In this document: positions 1-13,745 of the stretch, piece after piece
Layout: each line of letters opens with the position of its first letter
Position numbering within the stretch: position 1 is the stretch's first letter
Assembly (NCBI GenBank): GCA_002633005.1
Contig: NMRA01000485.1
Location: 186,442 to 250,441, forward strand
Origin: Phoronis australis
Taxonomy: Eukaryota; Animalia; Phoronida
DNA: 64,000 bases
Reading direction: 5' to 3'
Program-made: the position numbers and the translations under genes
Notes under the pieces: generated by a model
What the model was told of the DNA's origin: nothing
The model's input: the letters and a program-made list of their open reading frames with translations, nothing else
The model's database searches: none

Positions 1-378
1 AATTCTGTGAGAAAAGACGAGGGTCAGATTTAGAGGGAAATCTCAGTGTTGTCAATTCACATATTGTCATATGCGAAATAGCCCACATTTTCCCGTTCGA
101 CTAAAAACAAAAAACAATTTCGGGTGCTTTTGGGTGTTACTTCTCTCGTTCAACAAAAAACACTGTCGGGTGTTTTCTTGTGTTGGGGTGAACAGTTCAT
201 ATTGGCATAGGCCAGATGTCCCGCTTTTTATTCGGAAGTCCAGCTTTTTAATCCAGTTGTCCCGTTTTTTCATTGTGGAATGTTTACCGTGACAGTTATG
301 CAACAGGTGTTCATACTAACGTTGTCTCTTTGATATGAATCGACTTTTTTAGTGACACAACAATCGTAAAAATGTGTT

Positions 379-785
379 CTGGACCCGGTCTCCAATCTTT
401 TTACTCGAAATGGAACTCGAAATTAAGTTTGGCATTTTCTACTCTACTTTTGGGCGAAATCAAGATAAGTGTCTATTATTCTATGCTCGAGTACACAATA
501 ACTTACGTAGATAATTTATTTCCCTTAGTTCTTAGTTTGTAAACCCAATATTAAAGCAATAAGTTCGAGTTTGAACTCGAAATTTCGAGTTTTTACTCGA
601 GTTTGTGCCACGAATATAAGGGTCTTCAAGGGCAAACTTGAACTAGAAACTCCTATGCATAAATTATAATGTATTCGAGCACAGTCTGATAACCAATTAT
701 CTTAAGTTCGCACAAAAGGAGCAGAGAAATTGCCAAAAATGGTTTCGAGTTCGTTTCGAGTACAAAGATTAGAGACCGGGCCCTG
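379..785. mobile_element. MITE with ~40-bp TIRs, CTCGAA/TTCGAG-rich family
   Basis: Left ctggacccggtctccaatctttttactcgaaa matches the reverse complement of right tttcgagtacaaagattagagaccgggccctg. Related pieces lie near 21840-22191, 25410-25651, 35947-36092 and 62905-63130. Confidence 0.8.
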
Positions 786-1504
786 GTCTCTCTGTTTACG
801 GTAACGCACACTACATTTATGGCAATCACTAACTTTTACATTCTGAAGAAATGAGTTTATTTCTTGACTTCAACGGGAAGTCCTACACTGCAACCAATGT
901 ACGTAATGGGCTACGGTTTATCCACGCAGTTATGTAATAGATGTTTGTTCATTTTCATTTCTCAGAAAACATGTATTTGCAACGCGTGGATAGGTAGTTG
1001 GAGTAATACGTTCATCGCATTTTTGTTTGTGTCACTGAATCCTGAAATTTTACTGAATAATGTTATGCTATCAAAATGAACCAACGGTCCAATTAATATA
1101 TAAATTATTATCGACGAATGGTTTGCTAAATTCTTCACAGCAGGAATTCATATTCTAAACTCTTTGCTTTAGGGTAGTAGTCTTTTGAATTAATTCAGTG
1201 TTGTTTCAACTAGTCATTTACATAACATCTCTGGTTCCTTTCCTTTTGAATGGTACTATTACACTCTGTTATTTTTCGAATTTTGGCAACACTTTTGGTT
1301 TTTAGAATTTCAAAAATATTTTTAATCTGTCAAATATGTGAAAGGATACTTATACATTACGTATGCAAGCAAATCCCACGCTTGCGCGGCGCAACATCAC
1401 CAGCGCGAGATCGAAGTTGGCTTTCCTGCAAGTCGACAGTCCTATGCTTACGGGGCACTGCACAATTCTCACTGGGTTTTGCCTAGCAATACACACATCA
1501 AACG

Positions 1505-1850
1505 AGTTATCACATTTTCTTCACTTTGTCGATTTTGTATGCAAACAATGACGTGTTTTCAGTCATTTCACATGAAGCCCTAAAGATGAGCTCAGAAACC
1601 ACTTTGTGTCTTGTATTTTTGGCCCTTTCACTCCTACTGAAAAGCAAGGTAGGCTAAGAAAAATGGGCAAAAACTCAAAGTCCACACTTTTCACCCCAAA
1701 ACCACCACAATCCTGCCGATGTACGAAATAAGCCTACATTAGATTCTTAAAGCAAACTTCCAATCGATTCCAAAATGTGTCCCAACAGTACTGTCAACCA
1801 ATTGTTTGCAATTCTGTCTTGTTTGAAGGCTGCCATGAATTTTCATGAAG
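1505..1850 (+). repeat. Dispersed repeat copy (partner at ~4960-5290)
   Basis: Shared blocks agtcatttcacat..aagccct..agatgagc, tcttgtatttttg..cctttcact and cacttttcaccccaaaac. A second shared block lies at 2310-2380 and 5337-5400. Confidence 0.8.
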
Positions 1851-4800
1851 TTATTTAAGTGCCTGCATTTGCTATGACGTACAACTATCCCAACAAAACA
1901 GTTTATGTTACATAACAATTCCGGGACATCTTGTGTTTTTGTTTACTGTGTCACTACCAGTGCTTACTCATAGTGAAATCCAATATGCGAGACAGCTGTC
2001 CAGACTTCATTCATGTTTATGTTTTGGATGAAATCACCGGAATTTTCAGTATTGTTGTTGTTTTGCACTCACAACCCACACATATTTCTATTCACTATAT
2101 ATATTGTAGCTAGAGTTAATAAAAGTTTGTTTGTCAGTAGAAACTGAGCTACTGTGTTAGTTTTTATGTTGCTCTTCATCAACTAATTGCTGTTGCTACC
2201 TTGTTGACCAACTCTCTACCGTTCAAGCAAGAACCGGGTAGCACAACTATACTACCACGACCTATCCCCATACTGCTGGAATCCGTGTCCCCACAAGGGC
2301 TACCAAAAATCGCAGGATCCGCCATCTTTAAGAAGAGTGCAGCTGCAGCCGAGAAAGTAGTATTTTCTCATTCTCAACACGAAGATTTTAATATTTTGGC
2401 AATCCAAATTGGCAACGACAACCTCCCAGTGCCACCTTAGACGTAACTGCATGAGGGTGCTTAACACCTGGAGTCGCTTCGCCGTGGTGGCCGCGGCTTG
2501 TGCGCAAGATCATAAATTTTAATGGCGATCCATGTACTATAGTCTGTGTGTTATGCAAAGCTTCAATAAGCTATTTTTCAGTATGGAAATGACAGTAACA
2601 ACCTTGACGAAGTATTTATCTCAATGATACGTCCTCATACCAACGTATAGGCTTGGAATTAGTTATATTTCTGACACGACACAGTGATTTATTTTGATTG
2701 TACTCAATATGCCTGTGACCAGACAGGGCGACCGTGTTCTCATAAGATTTAGTGCCAGAGCGCCCTGGAAACGACGCGGAAATTGTCAATCTTTGGATGT
2801 ACAGCTAAATCCCGAAGGCGAGACCCCAGTGATTTGTAGATTTGTTGAAATGGTCTGCGAATAATTAGTTGAAAGACAGGTAATAATTTCCATACTAATG
2901 GCAAGATTCATACTGCAGTGGGCACTAGCGTAGTGACTCAATGTTTTACTGGTTGATACCACTTCGAAGCACTGTGTAGGTATGGTCAATCTGGCAATCA
3001 ACTAAACATAGAGAATGATGGCTCAAACTTTGCCCGATGAGAACGTTGAGTGATGTTGTAACGTAATGATACGTTGACGTCTGGGCCCATGGGCCGTGAC
3101 AACACAGACCAGCACGGCTTAATCAATGGAAAATGAGCCGCTTTAATTATTACGCAATGCACCCGTTCTATAGTGGTTTTTCATACGAATGTATTTAATC
3201 GTGCATTACTGGAAAACAACGTTATTGGAAACCTTCTTGACTTCCTTCCTCTTAAAAACGAATTTTAGTTTGCCAATGTGTATAGATTTTGTGAAGGATC
3301 TAGAATTTAATCAGAGCGTGAAATTGTATCCATTAATGGTTTGTAGCCGCAGCTTAGGATTGCCGGATTATTGTGGAAACACTCATTTCGCCTCGCCTGT
3401 TTGAACAGGGACGTACCACGACAACCAGTAGTCTATTGGGGCGTAGACGTTGTACCTCACATTTCCGCCATTTTACCCGAGTATATACCCACCGTAACGT
3501 ACATGTAGTCGTTAATTGATAGGCTGGTTTAGCTTATCCTTGCTGTGGTAGTCACTGGGCAGGTGGCGGATAACGACGAACCGCAGCTAGAGGAACATCT
3601 ACTTGAGCCAAAACATACCTCTGCATAGCTTAAGTGAGTTGAGTACATAAACTGTACAATGTAGGAAAATATGATTGTACGCCACTCAAATTGACAGTGT
3701 CGCATGAAACAAAAACTTATACATTGATTTGAGGTGATTGAAGTGAGAAATGAAATTTGTGGAACATTTTGTGTTCGGATATTAGCTGCACTGAGGTATC
3801 CTTGTTGTTGTACAAAAAGAATATGCTATGCAATATAAAACGCTTTTGTTCAACCAGTATATTGAATCGTTTGAAATACTAATGAAGGAGAAATGCGATC
3901 GTTGACAATTGCAATTTGCAGAACATTTGGCAATCAATAATTGTACGTCGCCTCTTGTTTAACTAATTTGGAGAACACACTTTCAGATGCCCAAATATTT
4001 GGAAATGCAAACTAAAATGGAAAAATGGTGTAAATTTTAATTTATTATAATTTTGTGTCTGAACAGAGACGGTGCATCTTGCTAGGTGACAAAATAGATT
4101 TAAAAGGGCTTTGCATTCCAAAACTTTAAAAAAAACATTTTCTTTATTTTCGTCACTCCAAATGAGATAATACACGCTATTGTTGGCTTAATTACGTAGT
4201 AAATGCCCTTGGGATACTCTCAGTTCTTCTTAAAAGTACTGTTTACATATCTCGTTGGGATTTGAAATGTCTGTCATCAAAACATGGAAAACACGGTTAA
4301 AAAAATTACAGTTCCACCTGCGCACGCCTCAGAAGGTGTGACGTCACCAGAGTAGTCAAGTAGATTCCGCCATCTGGATTCTTCTAGTTTTTATTACTTC
4401 TCTGTGGGAACTTACATTGGGTCATAAGTTGTAATGTGGCTGATATGCTAATCTACCTGTTTCACAGATACTGTAGCATGCGCTTCAGATTTTAAAAAGT
4501 AAATTTTGCCACTTTAAACAAAAGTCTTAGTGCGCGTGAATAATGCACCGCCATCCTGTTTGTCCCCAATTTGGATTAGATGCTTAGAGTGTGACGTATT
4601 ACGATGACGTTAATGAGAAAGACTAGATCATAAACAACTCAAAGATTCATCGTTTAGATTTTAAAAATCTATTCAACTTCTGCGAGAATGTAACGCACCC
4701 GACGCTTGTGACTGACTCAGGTGATTGTTCGTCACAAATATTCGACATGTCGAACAAATCGGACAATATGAGTGAGACCATTGTGGATTGAATAGGAGCG

Positions 4801-4959
4801 GTAGGTGAAATTCCAACAGAAAAAACACAGACCCGATCCACGATTTTCAGAGGAATGTATTCCGACTGACGCGCAGTGAGCTGCAAAGACTTGAGGAGAC
4901 AAAGAACAGTTCTCACAGGGTTTGCCTATCAGAATACTCGTCAATGGACTCTTCACCCT

Positions 4960-5400
4960 TTCTTCACTCTGTCAAAAACTGCATGCAAATAAAGAAAAGT
5001 TACGAGTCATTTCACATCACAAGCCCTACAGATGAGCACAGAAACGTTAGTCTCTCTTGTATTTTTGACCCTTTCACTTCCACTGAAAACCAGGCTAGAC
5101 TAAGAAAAATAAGGGAAAATGCAAAATCGGCACTTTTCACCCCAAAACTACCACTTCCTTGCAGATGCTCGACTAAAGCCAACCTTAGATCCGAAAGCAG
5201 ATGTCCTACCAATGCCAAAAATTTGGTCCAAAAGTATTGTCAACTGTCTATTTTTTTGCAAATCTGGCTTGTTTGAGGGCTTCCTGAAATCGCGGCCAAT
5301 TTCTCAGTTGCTACACAGCAATGCACAATTGCAATAGGGAGCCACCAACTTGAAGAAGAGTGCAGCTAAAGCAGACAAAGTCGTCTTTTTATTCTCAGCA
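4960..5400 (+). repeat. Dispersed repeat copy (partner at ~1505-2380)
   Basis: Colinear similarity to 1505-1850 and 2310-2380. Confidence 0.8.
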
Positions 5401-8400
5401 TGCTCACAAATACAAACAAACCACAAGTTCACTTGGCCTACATACAATACCTAAAAATGCCTCCAAGCCTGGCCTATCCATAGATTTTAGTATTTTGGGA
5501 GTGCAAATTGGCCCCGGCTGCAGCCTAACTTTTCAGTGAAACCTGAGTTCGCATGAATCTCGCGAAGAGAGCTAGAGTAATCACGTGCTTCACTTGTATA
5601 AGAGGGCGAAATATAGCGATGTCTTGTCTTGACATCAAAGTGGCATCGATGAACGTGCAAATACATGTACACCTGCGCCTTCTGTCAACGCCTCAATAGA
5701 TTTTCATGAATTTTGGCAAACATAGATCCCTGTTATGGAAATGACAACGCACTTCCATTTTCGGACGCATCTAAGTTATTTTCTGCCATATTGTGTCCGA
5801 TTATATTATTCCCAAAAATCGGTCCCATCTTGCTTAATCCATTCATACTAGAGATGATTTCTATCCTTGAGAAAAAAGACGTGGCCAATAAGTCAGGGCA
5901 GGCCCATTAATTTGCTTGTCACGGCTGGTTAGTTTTTGACGCCAGGGCAGTAATAGCTATTAAGGGAATTCCAAGCCATTGATAATAACCAATTTTAGTG
6001 CAAGCAAAGGTTAATAACGCCATGATGATTAAACGCACGTTTGAGGACCTTTGAAGATTTTAAGACACTGGGCCGGGGTTTATAAAGCGCAACTACCGGT
6101 CTTAAAGTACGGGCTTACTTAAATCTACATGTACGCTAGAATCAAGAACACAACTGCCATTTTTGTAGCCTCAAATTTCGCCTCGGATGTGAATGCTAAT
6201 TGCGCATGTACGGAGTGCAGTCATACGAAAAGTCACGTGACTTTTAACCAGAAGAATGACTGGTATCGTGACTGCAAATCTTCCATTGAGCATTCCCCAT
6301 TCCGCTGTTCTGTTATTGTTTCTGGGAGCTCGGGTAGAGAAGGTTCTTGTATTAGTTTCGACTTCATTGCTCTTTCCATAAACGTTCTAAAAACGCCTTG
6401 TATATTTGAAGTGACGTCTTGCTGCTAAATTCAAATTCACCGTCCAGTTTGACATCCAGTTATCAGCATCATGGTGAACATGTCTGACATCTGTTTCTTG
6501 GTTGGCCAATCAGAGATGAACTCAACCGGTGTTATAAATCAGCTGAACGTAAAAAACACGGTTTTACAGTCTTAATTTGCGTAATGTGAATCATAGTCCA
6601 GATGACAAACAAGTTTTGTCATCATCATGCCCACCTCTCACAATGTCTTTTCAGCGGTGCACTACGGAAAGCCAAAACGGAAAAAATCCAAAGCACTCAC
6701 TTTACTGTGCAGAAATTTAAATAAAGTCCAGAAAAGAATTCTCGTTGGTAAAATAAATTTACTAGGATTTCCGTGATCACTCCAGAAATTACTCCATATA
6801 CCAAAATAGCTAACAATAACACTTCCACCATGAAAATGAGATGCAGAAAAAATTGAAATACCAGTAGCGCAAAAGATAACAAATCGGCAAAAATGTGACT
6901 ATCGCAGAACAAAAAACGTTCTAGAAATACGCTTCACATGCCGGAAAAACGTTGCCACTCAGAAGAACGTGGCCACGAAAATGATGACGTCATGTACTTG
7001 AAGCAAGATGGCTGAGCCAAATGGTGAACGTTTGAGTGGTGCATGATCTGAGATATCTCGTGTCTGTAACACTCAATCGTCCGCATTTCAACAGAATTCT
7101 AAGACGTGACGGAGACATTGCTCAACACTAAGACCTTACGTAACTGGCCCTATGCCGTAATTTTGAGAGTCACGTGCTCCTGAGTGGTCCTGACATACCG
7201 GTTAGAAAATTTTTTGGCACATGATTCGGTAGGGGCATGGTATAAAATTTTTGGATTAGTTATTTATTAATGTACGATTATAAAAATGCCCTGGTGTGTG
7301 TTTTAATCTAATACGAAGTGAAGACACTGGTTTTGGATAGTTCTTTTTGAACCTGCACAGCCCAAATAATGTTTTTTATGATAGAAAAAAAGTGTTTTGG
7401 ATTTTTTCCGTTTTGTCTTTCCGCAGTACACTGTGCTTTCAGTTCAGATGTGCTTCTACTCTTGTGTACCGAACAGCATGCAACTGCAGTTGCGTGAGCA
7501 ACAATTGAATAAATATTTGTTGCAGTAAAGTCACAGAAGCTGAAAGTACACGTAAGAGACAATTTGAAAGGTGGAAATATGCACACAAATCAAATCGTAG
7601 TTTAGTGTTTTAAAATTTGACCAAATGTCATCATCTACGAGTTGTTCTCCAGACTCAAACACAAACAGTCTGCCGGACAACGTCCACATTAGGCATTGTA
7701 TTCATTTGTACGAAACAATATCAAAAAATATGTGGTGCTGAGAATTCCGAAGTGATGTGTAGTCGCTGAGTAATTTTTTCGTTATTCAGCGTCTTCTTTT
7801 GAACTCTGTTTTGCTAAAAAGTACCTCCTATTAAGCAGGTGTATTACTTTAAAGCTATTTGTTCTAGGTTGGTGCCTGTCCGACCCGAACGATCACTCGG
7901 TGTTAATGAAAGTTTAAGTCTTCTAAACCTGAACAATACGTTACGCATGAATTACAATACACAATACAATAATAATAATAAATTGGAATTTTCAGAACAA
8001 CGACCAGAATGGGATAATTTTGCTAGCCTCCAAAATTTAAGAATTTCCAGAAATTAGGAATTAAGAAATAAAACAAATCGTTAGCTCGAATAGTGAATGT
8101 GTCCGTAAGAGTTTTGCACGTGTGTTTGACGTTTTATTGCTGCAAAATGATAAGGCCAGCGGATAATTTTTCTTGAATTGAGCCTAGGAATGAACTTCTC
8201 GTATGCGACACACAGTCACGACAAGTGGACGTCACACGCCAAATTCAAAACTTTCTTCTGTCATCTAGAGTCAGGTAAAATAATTGAACGCGCTCTTATG
8301 AAGGAACAAGACGAGCTGAACTGATATAAAACACATTGCATTTTTGATGACACGCTGGGGTTATCGAGTGAGAACTAGTGCAAGACAGTCGTCTGCGTAA

Positions 8401-11400
8401 ACAAGACTGTTCTAAGGCACAAAATAACAGACACTTCAGACACTGAACTTAAGTCCCCATTAAAAGTATAAACAATATCTGAAAAATAATTTAGACTTCG
8501 AGTTCGGACATTCTACCCATAACCCCGAACGCGGTTCTATTGTCATCAGTTTTTGGAGCAGCCTTTTAAATGACATAGCTGGCGTGGTTCATGATTGTAC
8601 CGTATGTTTTAGCCTTTGTACTCAACAATGATGTTCACATGACGACGAATGTTCCGTTCACACTATCCTTGGTCGCACAGCTTGTGACAAGGAAATAATT
8701 TCTCGCAAGCTACATCTTGAATTCCCTTCAGAGATACATGTAGATTAATGTAGTCCTGACGTTTTTTCCAAAACAAGACAGCCACGCAACTGTTTGATTT
8801 TATGCTCATGTTACGGTTTGACTCACAGAGGTGAATCACTAACCAGGCTATAATTAACGGCCATTTTGAATTGTCGCATTACGCTCACGTTCTTTTTGTT
8901 AATAAGCTTATATTGTTGTCTCCATCCGATGTAACACACATTGTGATCGGATCGTGTTTAATCCTTTAAGAAACTCTCCGATCGTAAACGTAGAAAACAG
9001 CAAAATGCATAAATTTAACATCGATGAATGAATTCCGGATCTTCGTGCATACGTTTGTTACCGACTTTTATCGTATTTTATATGTTTCCTTTTTATAATT
9101 TTTGTTGCTAGCAGCATAATTAATGCGAATAATTTTAATTTACTTCTTGTTTTTAATATGGATTGTAAGCACGAGCTTGGACTGAAAAAAATCGGTTATT
9201 TCCGACTTTTCTAATCTTAGGACAAGTGATTGCCACGATAGCAGTTTTATTAAAGTTTTAGCGGATCAAAAATTGTCAAATTCACAGAAAGATAAAACAA
9301 TAAAGGAGCCCATTCACCGCAGTATATCCTTATTTCTGGACTCGATTTTCGTGACAGTCGCTTTTGAGTGAAACGGGTTATATCAAGCTATTAATCATTA
9401 TTACCAAACTAACGCTCGGTAAAGCTGCATGATAACAATGTGCTTGCCAAAATATGGTAGATAAAGTTTGTATCAATTTTGAATTTTCAAAATGTATTTA
9501 TCATGAATAATGTTCCGGCAACACCTCACATTGCTTAGGAACTTCCGTCTGAACTCTTGTTCAATAAGATCAATTTACAACTGCACATAGTTTCGCGTCT
9601 CGGCATATGGTGTAACAATCGTCATGAAGAGCATGCAAATTTGCAAATACAGCTACAGCTGAATCAGGTACTCGTCATATATATTCATGTGTTCAGGTGC
9701 AAAACTGTTGAGCATGACGTCATTTTGATGACGTTATGACGTTTTGGACCCAATGTGACGGCATGCCTATTCTTATTTCCGGTTCCAAATGGCGTCATCT
9801 ACTGCCATGACACGTCACCACTAAACATCCGAATTACAAATAATGTTTGTTAAAACGAATCCGAGAGACAACCAGTTTCCACCTCGTGCACGAGTTAAGA
9901 TAACCAGATAAGGAGCACGAGAAAAGGAAAGGATTTCTGGGTGATAAGCATTAGAAACCCACTTTGTTTACAACTAAATACAGTTTAGTGTGGTCTACGT
10001 CACATATTAGCCAAAATATCGCTTATGTGCATGCAGGACCCAAACACTAGGTACTTGTCGATTTATTTAAAACTGGAACTGGAACGATTCGTTTTTTGAA
10101 TTACTTTATAAAGAGTTTGCTATCTCGTCGCTAGAGCCATTGACTAACTATAGAATAGCCTAGCACCTCTAGCTAGCTTGACCGCTCTCTGCAGAGACCA
10201 GGGTAGAGTTCAGTAACTGTCTCACAATTACAAAATTTTAACCAAAAGTACGTGTTCTCACTTAAAATGCTCGGCGATATCTCCCAAAATCTCGCGAAGT
10301 CTTCCTTTTTAGCGAAGTCCTAGCGTATTCATTTTGTTGCTCTCGAAGATCTTCCTCTTGTGTTTCTGCCAACTGAAGCTTGCGTATTGCCAGTTTACCA
10401 GGCTATATAATTTTCTTATCCAGTGGCTCCACAATGAAAGAAAAGTTTAATAATACACGCTTATGTCCAAGTGACTGATCAACGGACTGTTGCAAAGCTG
10501 TGAACATTTTGAGTATTTCGATTGAAATGTATTCATCCATTACACGAATCATATGCTTGACCTTCTAGATATATATTATAGCAGTAAAGTTTCAACAATC
10601 TAATGTTCAACTGAGCCGTGTTCTCCTTGAATGACACGTGGCATATCAGCGCTTAGTTGAGTGTAGCCAAGACAACTAGGTGAGCTAAGTATTACAGCCG
10701 TAAAAGGTGAAATTGAATCTCTTTCTTGCTATTACGCAAATGATAACCGCCTTAAGAAGCATTCCTCAGCTAAAATATACAACGGGTCATAAAACTTGTG
10801 TACTGTGAGGTATAAGGTTTTGAGATTTTCACTAGATCTCCTTAGTCTTGAAAAAAGATTAGGTTCAATCTGTTATAGATCTCGAAAACGAGATCATTTG
10901 GTCAGATAATTAATTATACCAAGCTCAGACGATCTGACTTGTATGTGTGTACTTCAGTACTTCAAATTATTTCTCTCATTTTCTGCGACAAATATTTATT
11001 CCATTGCTGCTCAATGGTTTACTTGCATGCATTTTCTTTTTGAATAACCTTTGTGAGATTCGACAAGAGCAACGCAGACCGTTGACCAGTACAGTTACGT
11101 GAGATGACCATTTTTAAGCATTCCCACTAAAGGGATCAACGCTCTCCTAATTTTTTCCAAAAGCCGAGCATAGCATGCATTATCTTACTGCAGTCTGGTC
11201 AGAGGCAACACATGAGAGCATTTTAATTAGTAAAAACACGACGTTATCTTGTATTATCGGGCATTGGCACCAAATGACAAGTGATCACTTATGGTTTTGA
11301 TAAGTAGGCTTCATATCTGTCTCTTTCATTTAATCTCTCAATGTAGTTTCCGACCGGGGTTTCCCAGGTAGATGCCACAATGATTCGTCACTCTCCAACA

Positions 11401-11729
11401 GCAACCTGATTTCTAGGGAGAACGGATGCAATTCGTACTTTAGAATGTAGAACGATACCGTATCATTTGAACAACTTAATTTAAGTAAGAATATAGGAGA
11501 AATGCTTTTGTATGGTATATTTTTCAAAACCAAATTTTCACTTGACACTCCATTAGGCGATGACCTTGTAGTAAATTACTTTCAGGCTACGTAGGTCGAC
11601 AGGTCACTAGTGCATTCAGCCTGATATCTACACAACTTCGAAGTTAAACTCTTTAAAAGTATGACGTAGTTCATGAAAGTAGAATGCTGGGAATTTCATT
11701 TCTGACGTCGCACCAATATGCCATTGACT

Positions 11730-11900
11730 GAGTCACGTGGCCATGTCTTATCAGCAAAATTCAGGAAAAAGAAAGGATCCGTTCATTGCACAAAATCAGC
11801 ATCAATAACATGACCAAATTTCGTTTGACAGAAGTATTCAAGATGCCAATCGTCAATAACACGGTTACAGTTTACTAAATTATCACTTCGTTTTCGTTTT
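11730..11900 (+). repeat. Dispersed repeat (partner at ~15070-15230)
   Basis: Shared gtcacgt..ccat.tctt and taacatgacca.atttcgttt.aca.aa.t.ttcaagatg blocks. Confidence 0.65.
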
Positions 11901-12332
11901 GTGCAAAGACGTGCCAGGTCGATACTACCTCGGACAAGATCGGTTAAGTTGCTGTTTACGATGGGTTAGTTTAAGTCGCCATGGCTGTATGGCCTTCTGG
12001 GAATTTCAGTCGATTCACTCCAACCAGCTTCGTTTTGTACGACGTTTAAGCACGCGACGCTGCTGCTTTGGAAGAGCAAAACTGCCCGTCAAGAGATTTG
12101 GTGTGTTTTATTTTAATGGCACTTGGTAGTTTTATTGCGGCTTCATCAAATCTTTTAAACCAATTGACGTTGATGTAACGGCTTCGAAATGTCCTTCAAA
12201 TCGTGTACTGTAGTTGGAAAGTCTTCATTTGCTAATTTACGGCTTTGAACTCTCCAAAAGAGCCAGGGAATCGAACAGTGCATCACGTGACAGAGTTCCT
12301 TTTGCACTGCTACATGAGATGTGTCTTAGGTA

Positions 12333-12530
12333 CCTCTTTTCTTTTCCTTTTCTTCTTCCACCTCCTAATCCGTCCTCCATCTTCTTCATTTTTCTTCTTC
12401 TGACCCATTTCTTCTTGTTGTTGCTCTTGTTGTTCTTTCTCGTCTCCTCTTCCTCCTCCTCCTCTTTCTTCTCTTTCCTGTTCTATTTCTTCTTCATCTT
12501 TGCTGTTTATCTTTCTTCTTATTGTCTTCC
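12333..12530 (+). repeat. Pyrimidine-rich (TTC/TCC) low-complexity tract
   Basis: Degenerate TTC/TCC repeats. Explains the F/L/S-rich ORF 12214-12588. Confidence 0.85.
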
Positions 12531-13492
12531 ACTATCATCGCTGGCAGCATTGATTCTCATTCCAAACCTTCAAAACCAAATGACTTAAATATTTTGGACC
12601 TGTTGTTAATAAGGAACGGATGAACGGGTTATGAATAAGAATAGTGTTATAGTGTTTGATGACGTAATTTACATGGGATTTAAAAGTCTGTTGCATTGTG
12701 TTAAAACACTACAAAACATCGACACCAATTGGCCTTTCCAGAGAATGATTGAGTTGAAGATAAGACGGAAACTGCGCAGTCTTCTTATCACTAAGGACGT
12801 GTCTTTTATACTGACGAATTACTACAACTGTAATCGTACAGTTTGATAGCCATAAATACGGCATATCTAGTATTAATGGCTACAATATAAAACACATGAG
12901 GGAATGTGATCAGAAATTGTCGTACAGTGACTCAAGAGTTGTAATAAAATGCAGTAAGATGACGCATACGTCGTCATAACTATGATTTCCGATGCCTACA
13001 ACATCCTTATAAAGAGAGCTGACAGCACTAACCGAAGAAGGTTTAAGTGAAAGAATTAGACCAAAGCACAAACACTATTTTAAAAATGGTGACTCATCCA
13101 ATCACGTTGTGTCTAATCGTTACTCTTTTAATTTTACGGCCTATGTTAAGAGGCATTTCCTTTTTACTCGGGCCATTAAACACATATTACTTTACAAACC
13201 TGGAAAGACAACCACGCGAAGCTCGCCTCATGCGTTACACGTGTATCCCTATGACGAAAGAACATGAATATCATCTCCAAATCAAAATACAACGAGCATC
13301 GGCAACTAAGGCAGTGTCAAACATTTTGTTTTGACTAATACGGCTTTCAAAATTTGCAGCTGCTTCGTGATGTTGGAGAGCAATTACAGTCATTGTGCGA
13401 AAAAATAAGAACGGTATGTTCATCGTTGTGTTTTCGTTTTTACACTCTAACCATGCTTATATTGGTGTAAATCACTTTCATTTTGTTTGCAG

Positions 13493-13745
13493 GCGGAGAA
13501 GACCTACCTACCCATGTTAGCTTTTAATGCTTGCAAACATAAAGACGTCCGAGTTTATCTGAACTCGATTGTTATTCAAAGTATATTATTAAGACTTCGA
13601 TATATTCTTACTCTATTGTATAATAAATTGATTTCAATTGCTTCACTGATATGGAAAGCAGGTAGAGGGATTTGTTTCTTAGAATCACCAAAGAAGGACC
13701 TTCTGGAGGCACGGGTAAACCATAGGGATTAAATCTGCAAACAAG
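13493..13745 (+). other. Candidate non-coding 5' UTR exon of the receptor gene
   Basis: Good acceptor ttttgtttgcag at 13492 and donor CAAG|gtatta at 13745. The ATG exon begins with an acceptor at 18082, so an upstream exon is needed. Confidence 0.3.

Noticed and set aside
12214-12588. 124-aa hydrophobic ORF
   Set aside because: Translation of a TTC/TCC low-complexity tract.
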